Shown one piece after another: positions 55,116 through 64,000 of a stretch of 64,000 bases of DNA (position 1 is the first letter of the stretch; each line of letters begins with the position of its first letter). The stretch comes from Escherichia coli O157:H7 (GTDB lineage Bacteria > Pseudomonadota > Gammaproteobacteria > Enterobacterales > Enterobacteriaceae): NCBI RefSeq assembly GCF_013167455.1, contig NZ_CP038328.1; one strand, written 5' to 3'. Made by a program: the position numbers and the translations under genes. Below the pieces are notes generated by a model. That model was not told the DNA's origin, ran no database searches, and was given only the letters and a program-made list of their open reading frames with translations.

Positions 55116-56423
55116 TTATTTGCTGCTGTCCGGGCCGCGTTCACCGGTTGCTACCGGATTTTTTGGATCGCTGCTCCATTCGTACCAGCCGCCGTCGTAA
55201 ACGGAGACGTTATTCCAGCCCATTGCTCGTGCGTACATAAAGGTTTCGGACGCGCGCCAGCCGGTGCCGCAGTAGAATGAAACTTGCTGATCTGGTTTGA
55301 TATTCCATGCTTTCCACATAGCGGTAATATCATCGGCGCTACGCATGGTGCCATCCGGATTATGGAAATCTTCCATATGCGTCGAGTCGCTACCAGCGTG
55401 TCCCCAACGTGCTCCGGCTATTTCACCTTTTGGTTTAATATAGCTGTAACCGCTGGTCGTACCGATAAATTCTGGCCACGAACGAATGCTCACCAGCGAT
55501 GCATCCTGGCGATGCAGCAGTCCACGGGCCTGTTCCATATCGAGCATCAACTGCGGTTGTGCCGGGATCTTCACGCCGAAATCCGGTTCCGCTTTCACTT
55601 TCGGTGGCGTACCGCGCTCAACGGGCAGACCCGCGTCGGACCAGGTTTGCCAGCCGCCATCCAGCAGGCGCACATCTTTCACGCCGGCATAAAGCATAAT
55701 CTGCGCCACACGCGCTGCAGCGTATACGTCACGCCCGTACAGAATGACCGTGGTGTCATGGCGAATGCCGTGTTTTGCCAGCATCGCTTTTAGTTGTTCA
55801 TCAGAAACTTTGTTCCACAGCGGTTCGCTTTCCACTTCGTTGGTATCGATGTAGTCAGCACCGGGAATATGGCTGATAAGGTAAAGCTTAGGAGCGCCCC
55901 TGGCCGCTTCAATGACTTTCCAGTCACCGGCAGGTTTCGCCGTAACCTCTTTACCTTGTTGCAGGTCGTGCAGCCATTGCGGATAAACCAGCTGCTCAAA
56001 GTGCGGCAGTTTTTGTAGACGGGAAGGTTCGCTTAGCGCGTCACTCAGAATGGAGATATGCGTAAAACCTGCTTTTTGCAGTCGCGTTTTGACGGCGTCG
56101 ACATCTTTGCCATTACCGTACAGCGCCACCGGGGCATCGGCTTTCAGGTTATGTTGCTTGATCCACGCGTTGAGCTGTTCGGTGCTCATTTTGTCAAGCC
56201 AGCTAGCAGAGAGGTTTAAGGCGGCAGGTTCATGACCAGAAGGGCCATTTAAGGTTTGTGGCCAGCCGTTATAAAACGCGCTGGAGCGAGTATCTATCGC
56301 TTTGCCATTTTGTTGTTGAAGCTGGTCAAGTGTAAGAGGCTTCGCCAGTTCAGCGGCCCACGAAGAAGCGCAAGCCAGCCCTAAAGCCATTGCCAGCGCG
56401 GTCATTTGAGAAACACGTTTCAT
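55116..56423 (-). CDS. ynjE: Rhodanese-domain thiosulfate sulfurtransferase YnjE
   Basis: Start at MKRVSQMTALAMA gives 435 aa; signal peptide; active-site CGTGWR. Confidence 0.75.
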   Translation of the reverse strand: MKRVSQMTALAMALGLACASSWAAELAKPLTLDQLQQQNGKAIDTRSSAFYNGWPQTLNGPSGHEPAALNLSASWLDKMSTEQLNAWIKQHNLKADAPVALYGNGKDVDAVKTRLQKAGFTHISILSDALSEPSRLQKLPHFEQLVYPQWLHDLQQGKEVTAKPAGDWKVIEAARGAPKLYLISHIPGADYIDTNEVESEPLWNKVSDEQLKAMLAKHGIRHDTTVILYGRDVYAAARVAQIMLYAGVKDVRLLDGGWQTWSDAGLPVERGTPPKVKAEPDFGVKIPAQPQLMLDMEQARGLLHRQDASLVSIRSWPEFIGTTSGYSYIKPKGEIAGARWGHAGSDSTHMEDFHNPDGTMRSADDITAMWKAWNIKPDQQVSFYCGTGWRASETFMYARAMGWNNVSVYDGGWYEWSSDPKNPVATGERGPDSSK

Positions 56424-56489
56424 CGAAAATCCCGACATTGTAGTTTTGAGTGCGCCATTCTGAACTGACGCATTGAGAAAAACTTTGCG

Positions 56490-57143
56490 TTATCGCAGTT
56501 TGTTGTAATTTTCTGACCACTGCGCCATATCCAGAACAGAACTATCAGCAGGAACATCCTGGAGATCGTGCGTTACCTGAACGACGGGGATCGCCAGTTC
56601 GCGAACTTCGCTGAACACCCACTGGCGAAAATTATCGCGCAGAGCCACATCAAGACGGCTGAATGGCTCATCCAGTAGCAACGCTTTTGGCTGAGCGAGA
56701 AGGGCGCGAAGCAGAGCAACGCGCGCTCGCTGACCGCCAGACAAAGTAGCAGGATCCTGATGGAAAGCTCCGTCAAGGCCTGAACGCTCAAGTGCATCAT
56801 TCACGGCATTACGTCGGGCATTCCCCTTAAGTGTCGCCGGTAGCGCCAGCAGTAAATTTTGCCCGACACTGAACTGGTCAAATAACAGTGCATCCTGAAA
56901 AAGAATGCCAATCTGACGCTGTGCGGTGGGTAGCATGTCAATCCGTTGCTCATTGAGCCATAGCTCACCTGTACAAGAAAACTGTCCGGCCAGTGCACCA
57001 ATCATCCATGAAAACAGAGTGGATTTTCCACAGCCAGACGGCCCCATTAACGTGACAATGTCACCTTTATCCACCGTAAAGTTAACGTTTGTCAGCAAGC
57101 AACTTTCTGGTAAACGTAGCGAAACATTTTTCACGCAGAGCAT
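56490..57143 (-). CDS. ynjD: ABC transporter ATP-binding protein YnjD
   Basis: Start at MLCVKNVSLRL gives 217 aa; Walker A GPSGCGKST and ABC signature LSGGQ. Confidence 0.75.
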   Translation of the reverse strand: MLCVKNVSLRLPESCLLTNVNFTVDKGDIVTLMGPSGCGKSTLFSWMIGALAGQFSCTGELWLNEQRIDMLPTAQRQIGILFQDALLFDQFSVGQNLLLALPATLKGNARRNAVNDALERSGLDGAFHQDPATLSGGQRARVALLRALLAQPKALLLDEPFSRLDVALRDNFRQWVFSEVRELAIPVVQVTHDLQDVPADSSVLDMAQWSENYNKLR

Positions 57144-58678
57144 TAGCGGAGTCCTTGTCTGACATAACCTACCCATTTTGCGACTAACGCGGTCAGGGCA
57201 AAAATAATAAGCGGTAATAGCAGTTGCCATAAAGCCAGGGCGGCGAGAATACCGTTGCTGCCGCCGCTGCTTAATGCCACCGCCTCAGTGGTGAGCGTCG
57301 GAAAACGCCCCGCGCCCAGCCACAGCGTCGGCATATACTGCGCAATACTGACTGAAAATCCCACCGCGAAGGCAATCAGCGTAGGGCGTAGCATAAGCGG
57401 ACATTTCACGTAAAAGAAGATTTTGGCCCGCGACCAGCCCAGTGTTTGTGCAATCAAAATTAACCGTGAATCAATGCGCTGCCAGGCGGGTTGCAGGATA
57501 AACAGCATCCACGGCATTACCCACAGCAGATGCCCCCAGACCACCGCCGTCCAGCTTCCATCCATGTTCAGCCATAGCGCCAGCGTGTACTGGCCCGCCA
57601 CCAGCGGCAGTGCCGGTAATAAAATCGGCAACCATAGCCACAACTGGCGACGCTGTGGCCCCCATTCCAGCCACAGCAGTAACAGGAGCAAAGCGATGAA
57701 TGTCGCCACCAGCCCCATTGTCAGGCTGTTGATGAGCGCTTCACTATTGATCGTCGACTGATCCGCGAGGATCGCCAGCAGAACCACACACAGCACACTG
57801 GTCAAGGGTAAAAAACTCGCCAGCGTAATGCCTGGCAATAAAGGCGTGGCAGGCTTACGAACGCCATCTACGCGGGGAATAGTACGCCGCCAGGTACACC
57901 ATAGCAGATAGCCCAGCAAAACGTAGGCGGCGAGTAACAACATCAGCAGCAGGCTGGCGAGTGCGCCTTTCGTTTGTTGATCGGCGTCGCCCTGAGTTAA
58001 CCACTGCCAGCTAATTACTGCCAGCGTCGGTGGATTACCTGGCCCAAGAATAATCGCCACATCTACGACCGACAGCGACCAGGCAACAATCGCCAGCATC
58101 GCCATTGCCAGCGCAGGCGCGACGGAGGGCAACAGCAGCCAGTTCAGGCATTGCCAGCGGCTGTAGCCCAGCGAATCCAGCACGATGACTTGCTGTAAAA
58201 GCCGTTTTTCACTCAATACCGCTGCTAAGATCCACAGCAGAAATGCGCTTTCTTTCACCGCCAGCGTGAAGCCCAGCCCAATACCCAATTTGTCCATTGG
58301 CGGAGTGAAATACGGGAAATAGTCATAAAGCAGCCCTCCGTCAGCAAAGAGCAGAAGGGCGCTGGTGGCAAAAGCCACATGGGGAATGGCGAGCAGCCAC
58401 GGCAGACGGGTGCACATACGCTGCCATTTCGGCCCAGGCCACAGCGCCACAATCACCAGTAGGGCAATCAACAACGCCCCGACCGCCGCGATGGTTGTCG
58501 ACACCAGCGTTGCCAGTAATGCCTGCGGTAACTGTGGATCGGCAAATAACGCCTGCCAGTGTGTCAACGACAAAGCAGGCGATATCAGCGTGAGAGCTGC
58601 CGGGATCAGCGGTGCATAAATCACCGCCACCATCGCCCACAGCAAAAAGATTAATGCGTACCGTAACGGTGTAGCCAT
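57143..58678 (-). CDS. ynjC: ABC transporter permease YnjC
   Basis: Start at MATPLRYALIF gives 511 aa; duplicated permease domains. Confidence 0.75.
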   Translation of the reverse strand: MATPLRYALIFLLWAMVAVIYAPLIPAALTLISPALSLTHWQALFADPQLPQALLATLVSTTIAAVGALLIALLVIVALWPGPKWQRMCTRLPWLLAIPHVAFATSALLLFADGGLLYDYFPYFTPPMDKLGIGLGFTLAVKESAFLLWILAAVLSEKRLLQQVIVLDSLGYSRWQCLNWLLLPSVAPALAMAMLAIVAWSLSVVDVAIILGPGNPPTLAVISWQWLTQGDADQQTKGALASLLLMLLLAAYVLLGYLLWCTWRRTIPRVDGVRKPATPLLPGITLASFLPLTSVLCVVLLAILADQSTINSEALINSLTMGLVATFIALLLLLLWLEWGPQRRQLWLWLPILLPALPLVAGQYTLALWLNMDGSWTAVVWGHLLWVMPWMLFILQPAWQRIDSRLILIAQTLGWSRAKIFFYVKCPLMLRPTLIAFAVGFSVSIAQYMPTLWLGAGRFPTLTTEAVALSSGGSNGILAALALWQLLLPLIIFALTALVAKWVGYVRQGLR

Positions 58679-59817
58679 TCTTGTTCCAGCGCATTTACCC
58701 AACCTGCGTGCGGTTCAGCCAGTACCGGCGGCAGATCTTGCGGCATTCTTGATTGCAATGTTTCGCGCTGCCCATCAGGCAGTTTTTGCGGATCGAGAAC
58801 AGAAGGATCGCCCCAGACAGCGGGATCTGCTTTACGCAATTGCGCATCGGGTGAGAGCAAGAAATTGGCAACTACCTTCGCCGCAGCACTGGCATTCGCG
58901 TTGGCAGGAATGGTGACGAAATGCACGTTGCCAATCATCCCCTCGCGAAAGCCAAAACTGTAACTGCTTGCAGGCAAATCGCCGCTGGCGATTTTTTGCT
59001 GCGCATGCGCGGGGTTAAAGGTCAGCGACAGGCGAAATGTTCCGGCTTTCAGCAGAGCATCCATCCGCGCGGGCGAAGGCGGGAAATCCTTTCCTTCGCG
59101 CCACAAATACGGATGCAGCGCATCAAGATATTGCCACAAGGGAGCAGTGACACGGGCGAAAGTCGCATCGTTCGGCGCTTCATTTAATGCGGCGGGATCG
59201 GGCGTCAGCATAATCAGCAACTGTTCAAGAAACGCCGTGCCGGTAAAGTCCGGTGGGCGCGGATAGGTAACCGTGCCGGGATTGGCTTTAGCAAACTCCA
59301 GTAAGGCTTGCGGCGTTTGTGGTGGCTGTGGCGTAACATCGCGGCGGGCGATAAATGTCAGTTGTGCGCCCCCCCAGGGCGATTCAGCCCCTTCTGTAGG
59401 CACTGAAAAATCTTCCCGCACCGGCAGCTGTGTGTCGACATAGCGCCAGTTGGGCAGAGTCTCTGCCCAGTCGGTTTGCAGTAAATTGGCCTCTTTTAAG
59501 GTGCGGAAGTTTTCGCCGTTCACCCAGAGCAGATCCACCGAGCCGCCCGTTTTACGTCCGGCAGCAGCTTCGGTCTGAATGCGCTTCACCGCGTCTGCGG
59601 CATCCGCCAGACGAACAATCTTCAGGTTTATAGCGTAATGGGTTTTCATCTCGCCGCTAACCCAGTCGAGATAGCGGTTAATTGCGGTATCGCCGCCCCA
59701 GGCGTTAAACCAGACAGTTTGCCCTTTGGCCTCATTTTTAATTTCTTGCCAGTCACTGGCATGTGTTGCCAGAGAAAACAGCGATAACAATCCCAGCAAC
59801 CACCCACAATGGCGCAT
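58651..59817 (-). CDS. ynjB: ABC transporter periplasmic binding protein YnjB
   Basis: About 388 aa with signal peptide; overlaps ynjC start by 28 bp. Confidence 0.75.
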   Translation of the reverse strand: MRHCGWLLGLLSLFSLATHASDWQEIKNEAKGQTVWFNAWGGDTAINRYLDWVSGEMKTHYAINLKIVRLADAADAVKRIQTEAAAGRKTGGSVDLLWVNGENFRTLKEANLLQTDWAETLPNWRYVDTQLPVREDFSVPTEGAESPWGGAQLTFIARRDVTPQPPQTPQALLEFAKANPGTVTYPRPPDFTGTAFLEQLLIMLTPDPAALNEAPNDATFARVTAPLWQYLDALHPYLWREGKDFPPSPARMDALLKAGTFRLSLTFNPAHAQQKIASGDLPASSYSFGFREGMIGNVHFVTIPANANASAAAKVVANFLLSPDAQLRKADPAVWGDPSVLDPQKLPDGQRETLQSRMPQDLPPVLAEPHAGWVNALEQEWLHRYGTH

Positions 59818-59826
59818 CATCTCTCC

Positions 59827-60375
59827 TTAAGAACGTTTTTCCGGAATACGGCACAGCCCCTGAGCGGGAATGTCCATGGCAGAATTAAAACGGGCTGACA
59901 GATTTTGCAGGCCGATCAATGCCGTCAGTTCGGTGAGCTCCTGAGCGTCAAAATGCGCAGCCAGTCGGGTACGCAGGGCATCATCGACCGTTGGCGGCGT
60001 TACGCTTGCGGCTTCGGCGTACTCCAGCGCCAGCCGTTCTTCATCGCTAAAGAGCGGGCTTTGCCGCCAGTCAGCCACTGCCAGCAGTTTATCGCTGCTG
60101 CCGGTGCGCTCGGCGACTTTCATACTGGTGATATCCACACAAAACTCACACAGGCACATTTGCGCAATGCGCGCGCTGACAAGCGATCGTACTACCGGAT
60201 CGAGCGGTGAGCGTTTGCGCTCCAGCCAGCCAACAAACATCGACACCAGATAAAAGATAAACGGGATCCGCCCCCACCAGCGAATGGGGCTTAGCACCTC
60301 GCCGTAATGGCGACGATGCAGCCACGCCTGCGGACGTAAAATGAAAGGAATTTTGCTAAGCGGCGGTAAACCCAT
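59827..60375 (-). CDS. ynjA: AhpD/carboxymuconolactone-decarboxylase-like protein YnjA
   Basis: 182-aa ORF with CxxC (CLCEFCVD). Confidence 0.7.
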   Translation of the reverse strand: MGLPPLSKIPFILRPQAWLHRRHYGEVLSPIRWWGRIPFIFYLVSMFVGWLERKRSPLDPVVRSLVSARIAQMCLCEFCVDITSMKVAERTGSSDKLLAVADWRQSPLFSDEERLALEYAEAASVTPPTVDDALRTRLAAHFDAQELTELTALIGLQNLSARFNSAMDIPAQGLCRIPEKRS

Positions 60376-61082
60376 CAGGCATTCCTCTTCTGGCGCTCAA
60401 GCCATATTTTCTTCGCCATAAAAATCACCACGGTCAGGGCAAACAGAATAAACAGTCCGGTGACAAACCAGAAGGTACCGCCTGTTAACATGCTGCCCGC
60501 CCAGGAATAAACAATAGTCGCCGGTAACTGACCAAGCCCGGTGGCGATAAAAAACGAGCGAAAACGTATTGAAGTCAAACCGGCAGCATAGCTGATTGGA
60601 TCGAAAGGGACAAAAGGCAATAACCGACAGACCAGGATGGTGTGTTTGCCGTAGCGAGTGAAAAAGCCGTCCATACTGTCAAGTACGGTTTTGCCGGTTA
60701 ATTTTTCCACCACTTCGCGGCCCATCACTCTGGCGATAAAAAAGCACAGTGCCGCGCCGGCCATCGAACTGGTCCACGACAGCGAGCCGCCCCAGAACGC
60801 GCCAAACAGCGACGCATTGGCAAAGGTGATCAAAAACGCAGGTAGCGGTGCAGCAATGGCCTGTAAAATCATCAACAAGAACGAGACAACTGCCGCCAGT
60901 GCGCCGTAAGACTGAATAAAGCGTTCTATACCCTGTTGGTCCACGGCGGCAAACGCCGCAACGCTGCGATTGATAAACTCATGGACGCCGGGAAGCAGCG
61001 CCCATGCCAGCAGCATAGCGAACAACAGGATGATGAGGGTTATACGGTAGTACCAGATTTTACGCGATTGCATCTTCATCAT
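60375..61082 (-). CDS. ydjZ: DedA/TVP38-family membrane protein YdjZ
   Basis: 235-aa ORF; start abuts the ynjA stop. Confidence 0.75.
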   Translation of the reverse strand: MMKMQSRKIWYYRITLIILLFAMLLAWALLPGVHEFINRSVAAFAAVDQQGIERFIQSYGALAAVVSFLLMILQAIAAPLPAFLITFANASLFGAFWGGSLSWTSSMAGAALCFFIARVMGREVVEKLTGKTVLDSMDGFFTRYGKHTILVCRLLPFVPFDPISYAAGLTSIRFRSFFIATGLGQLPATIVYSWAGSMLTGGTFWFVTGLFILFALTVVIFMAKKIWLERQKRNA

Positions 61083-61096
61083 CCTTTATCCTGGCT

Positions 61097-61774
61097 TTAT
61101 TCGGTGATTTTAAAGGTAACCGTTGCCAGCGTGTTATTCGCCGGGAGAACCGAGGCATTGCCTTTGAATTTAACTTCACCTCGTTTTTCAACCGCACCAT
61201 AAGTGTATGTTGCATTGCTGACGATGCCGACCGGGCAGCTATCCAGACACACCAGGCAACCCGTTTTCTTCTCTTCTGCTGCCGTTAAATTACCGCCAAA
61301 GCGCATGTCCAGTTTCTTGCCATTACTGTCAACAATCACTTCATCGAAGGAATACGTTTTTGCCGCCCCTTGCCAGTTGACCGAAATATCCAGTTTGCTG
61401 CCTGTGACATGAGTCGTTTCTTTATTATCCATCGTCATGTTTTCGCCCGGTGTACCACCTGCCTCTTTCAGGGCTTCATAAAATGCTTTCGGGGTCGCAT
61501 AACCCATAAACAGCGATTTATGTCCGTTGGAGCCATCTTTAAACACAATACCGTGACGAGTGTCGTCGGTGAGGAAACGACCATTAATTTGCACCAGCAT
61601 GGTTACCGTATGGTTATTGGCATCGACGCGCAGCGGTTGGCTGTTCGAAAGTCCGTCGTATTCCACTTTTGCCGCCGCATTCTCTTTTTGATCGCAGCCG
61701 CTAAGCCCAGCAACAGCCAGTAAGCAGAGTGCAGTCAGTCCTTTTTTCCATGACACTGAATAATGTTGCAACAT
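61097..61774 (-). CDS. ydjY: Cysteine-rich exported protein YdjY
   Basis: Start at MLQHYSVSWKKGL gives 225 aa; lipobox LSGC; C-terminal CLVCLDSCP. Confidence 0.7.
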   Translation of the reverse strand: MLQHYSVSWKKGLTALCLLAVAGLSGCDQKENAAAKVEYDGLSNSQPLRVDANNHTVTMLVQINGRFLTDDTRHGIVFKDGSNGHKSLFMGYATPKAFYEALKEAGGTPGENMTMDNKETTHVTGSKLDISVNWQGAAKTYSFDEVIVDSNGKKLDMRFGGNLTAAEEKKTGCLVCLDSCPVGIVSNATYTYGAVEKRGEVKFKGNASVLPANNTLATVTFKITE

Positions 61775-61778
61775 CGTT

Positions 61779-62489
61779 CTATCCTTCATTTTTTGGGTGA
61801 GTAAGTGGGTTGCGGCGCGAAGCAGACAGATCCACATGTTTGTGTCGGGCGTAGAGTTTTGCGAGCTGGACGAGAATAAACAGCGCCAGGCCCGCCAGAC
61901 AGAGTTGTAAAATAAAGCGCAGCGTAATGCCTTCATTGGCGAGATCGCTTGCCATCACGGTATAAATAACAATACCGGGCAGGGTCGTGAGTGCCGAAAT
62001 AAGGGTATAAGGCCAGAAGGCGATTGTGGTTAATCCGTAAGCGTAATTTTGAATATTGTAAGGAAACAACGGGATTAAGCGGGTCAGAATAAGAAAATCA
62101 ATACCGTTACGCGCAATGCCTTTTTCAATGGCCTGGAAGGTATGGCTATGGCCAACGTATTTCAGCAGTAAATCACGTCCCATCCAGCGCGCCAGCAGGA
62201 ATGAGCACGAGGAGGCCAGCGTGGCGGCAATTAATGAGAGTAGTGTCCCTAAGAACGGGCCAAAAACTATTCCTCCCGCGATCACCAATATGCTTCCTGG
62301 TAACAGAAAGAGGGTGGCAATGATGAATAACAGAATATAGAGGCTATAACCGAACAATCCGCTCTGGCGAATGAGTGTCTGTAAGTGGGGTAAATCGGTG
62401 AGCAGATCGAATAAACCGAAAGCGTGGATAGCGTAAATGGCCAGCGCAAAAATAAGACAGGCAAAAAGAAATTTACGCTCAGCGTTCAT
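61779..62489 (-). CDS. ydjX: DedA/TVP38-family membrane protein YdjX
   Basis: Start at MNAERKFLFACL gives 236 aa. Confidence 0.75.
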   Translation of the reverse strand: MNAERKFLFACLIFALAIYAIHAFGLFDLLTDLPHLQTLIRQSGLFGYSLYILLFIIATLFLLPGSILVIAGGIVFGPFLGTLLSLIAATLASSCSFLLARWMGRDLLLKYVGHSHTFQAIEKGIARNGIDFLILTRLIPLFPYNIQNYAYGLTTIAFWPYTLISALTTLPGIVIYTVMASDLANEGITLRFILQLCLAGLALFILVQLAKLYARHKHVDLSASRRNPLTHPKNEG

Positions 62490-62655
62490 CGTGGAGTTTC
62501 CTATATCAAACTTGATAATAGAGAAGTGGTCAGACAACTAAAAACGCAGTGACGGTATAACAAAGGACGGCAGGCAACAAATCATTACTGACAGTTTGTT
62601 GATTTTTCTCAAGGTTAATTCTCCTGACCCAGTTTGAGCCAGGAGAGCTGCTAAA

Positions 62656-63462
62656 TTAGCGGCGGAAGGTCGCCCAGACGGGGGCGTGATCGGACGGTTT
62701 TTCCATGCTGCGGATTTCATAGTCGATGCCGGTTTCTACGCAACATTCTGCCAGCGGTTGGCTGGCGAGCAGCAGGTCGATGCGCAGACCACGGTTATCG
62801 TCAAAACCTTTTGAGCGGTAATCAAACCATGAGAAACGATCTGCTGTTTGCGGATTCGCATGGCGGAAGGTATCAACCAATCCCCAGCTCATCAGTCTCT
62901 CCATCCATTCGCGTTCCTCCGGAAGGAAAGAACATTTTCCGGTACGCAGCCAGCGCTTACGGTTCTCTTCGCCAATGCCAATATCCAGGTCGCCAGGACT
63001 GATATTCATATCGCCCATAATCAGCACCGGATTTTCACGCTTGAGTTCGGTTTCCAGGTAGTTTTGCAGATTCTGATAAAACTGCGCCTTTGCCGGGAAT
63101 TTTATCGGATGGTCGCGGCTTTCACCCTGCGGGAAGTAACCGTTGATCACGGTGACATTGCCCAGCGGCGAGGGGATTTCCGCCATAATAATCCGCCGCT
63201 GCGCCTCTTCTTCGTCACCGGGAAAGCCGCGACGCACGGCAATCGGCGTCTCTTTGGTCAGCAGCGCCACGCCATAATGGCCTTTCTGCCCGTGATAAAA
63301 CACGTTGTAGCCGAGCTTCGCCACCTCTTCGAGGGGAAACATATCGTCATGAACTTTTGTCTCCTGCAGGCCAATCACATCCGGTTGGTGCTTTTCGACG
63401 ATGGCTTCAAGCTGGTGGGGTCTGGCGCGCAGGCCATTGATATTAAAAGAGACAAATTTCAT
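62656..63462 (-). CDS. xthA: Exodeoxyribonuclease III
   Basis: 268 aa from [22 protein letters not shown]; recognised. Confidence 0.9.
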   Translation of the reverse strand: MKFVSFNINGLRARPHQLEAIVEKHQPDVIGLQETKVHDDMFPLEEVAKLGYNVFYHGQKGHYGVALLTKETPIAVRRGFPGDEEEAQRRIIMAEIPSPLGNVTVINGYFPQGESRDHPIKFPAKAQFYQNLQNYLETELKRENPVLIMGDMNISPGDLDIGIGEENRKRWLRTGKCSFLPEEREWMERLMSWGLVDTFRHANPQTADRFSWFDYRSKGFDDNRGLRIDLLLASQPLAECCVETGIDYEIRSMEKPSDHAPVWATFRR

Positions 63463-63819
63463 AGTCGCTGCCATTTATTCAGATAAAGAGTGCGTGGATG
63501 GTAGCAGAATTTCGCTTTGCTTACCGCCTGTTGTTAAGTGATTTGATCGATGGTTGTTAATGATGTCAACGATGGCGCAAAAAATGCCCGCTTTTGGTGC
63601 GCGCTGCGTCAGAATGGCGCAGTAATTTCCAGTAAATTTCGTCAATGATCACAATTCCAGAATTATATTTTACTTCTGCATAACATTGCGTTTTTTATTC
63701 TTTTTATTCACCCACATCGCAAACGTATTCACTTAATATGCACTTTAAATGCATATGGTTTGGTTATAACTCCTTGATTTCCAGTTAGCCTCCGCCGTTT
63801 ATGCACTTTCATCACTGGC

Positions 63820-63835
63820 TGGCACGAACCCTGCA
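63820..63835 (+). promoter_or_regulatory. Putative sigma-54 promoter (TGGCAC-N5-CTGCA) upstream of astC
   Basis: tggcacgaaccctgca about 70 bp upstream of the astC ATG; AT-rich ARG-box-like repeats lie further upstream. Confidence 0.5.
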
Positions 63836-63907
63836 ATCTACATTTACAGCGAAAACATTACTTATTATTAACATATAAATAACGAGCTATTTACTGTAGA
63901 GGTCGCT

Positions 63908-64000
63908 ATGTCTCAGCCAATTACGCGTGAAAACTTTGATGAATGGATGATACCTGTTTACGCTCCGGCACCGTTTATACCGGTACGTGGCGAAGGTTCG
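63908..64000 (+). CDS. astC: Succinylornithine transaminase AstC, 5' fragment (runs off the window)
   Basis: [31 protein letters not shown] recognised as the AstC N-terminus. Confidence 0.8.

Overview
The window reads as an Escherichia coli K-12-like core chromosome segment, running yoaH to astC in the reverse orientation of the reference map (all calls are by eye from the translations, with no database search). It carries about 70 protein-coding genes, including fadD, rnd, cntAB (yeaW/yeaX), dmlA/dmlR, leuE, three GGDEF-domain genes (yeaP, yeaJ, yeaI), yeaG-yeaH, mipA, gapA, msrB, the ydjLKJIHG-ydjF-ydjE cluster, pncA, ansA, sppA, selD, topB, gdhA, the ynj/ydj cluster, xthA and the 5' end of astC. 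There are no rRNA or tRNA genes, CRISPR arrays, transposases or integrases. The one feature that does not fit the remembered reference gene order is a ~240-codon ORF (44371..45093, minus strand) between sppA and ansA, which I remember as adjacent genes in K-12. It encodes a predicted lipoprotein with a SIMPL/DUF541-like fold and has its own terminator hairpin. From memory of MG1655 coordinates, gapA-to-gdhA spacing here is ~777 bp longer than the reference, which matches a single cassette-sized insertion at that site; this needs confirmation by alignment. It is a single gene, not a multi-gene system, and I found no other candidate for a novel system. Other observations are smaller: candidate operator motifs shared by the ydjL and ydjF promoters, a LexA-like box before yoaA, an intercistronic hairpin in cntA-cntB, an AT-rich ORF-free block, REP-like palindromes and several small membrane-protein genes missing from the ORF track.
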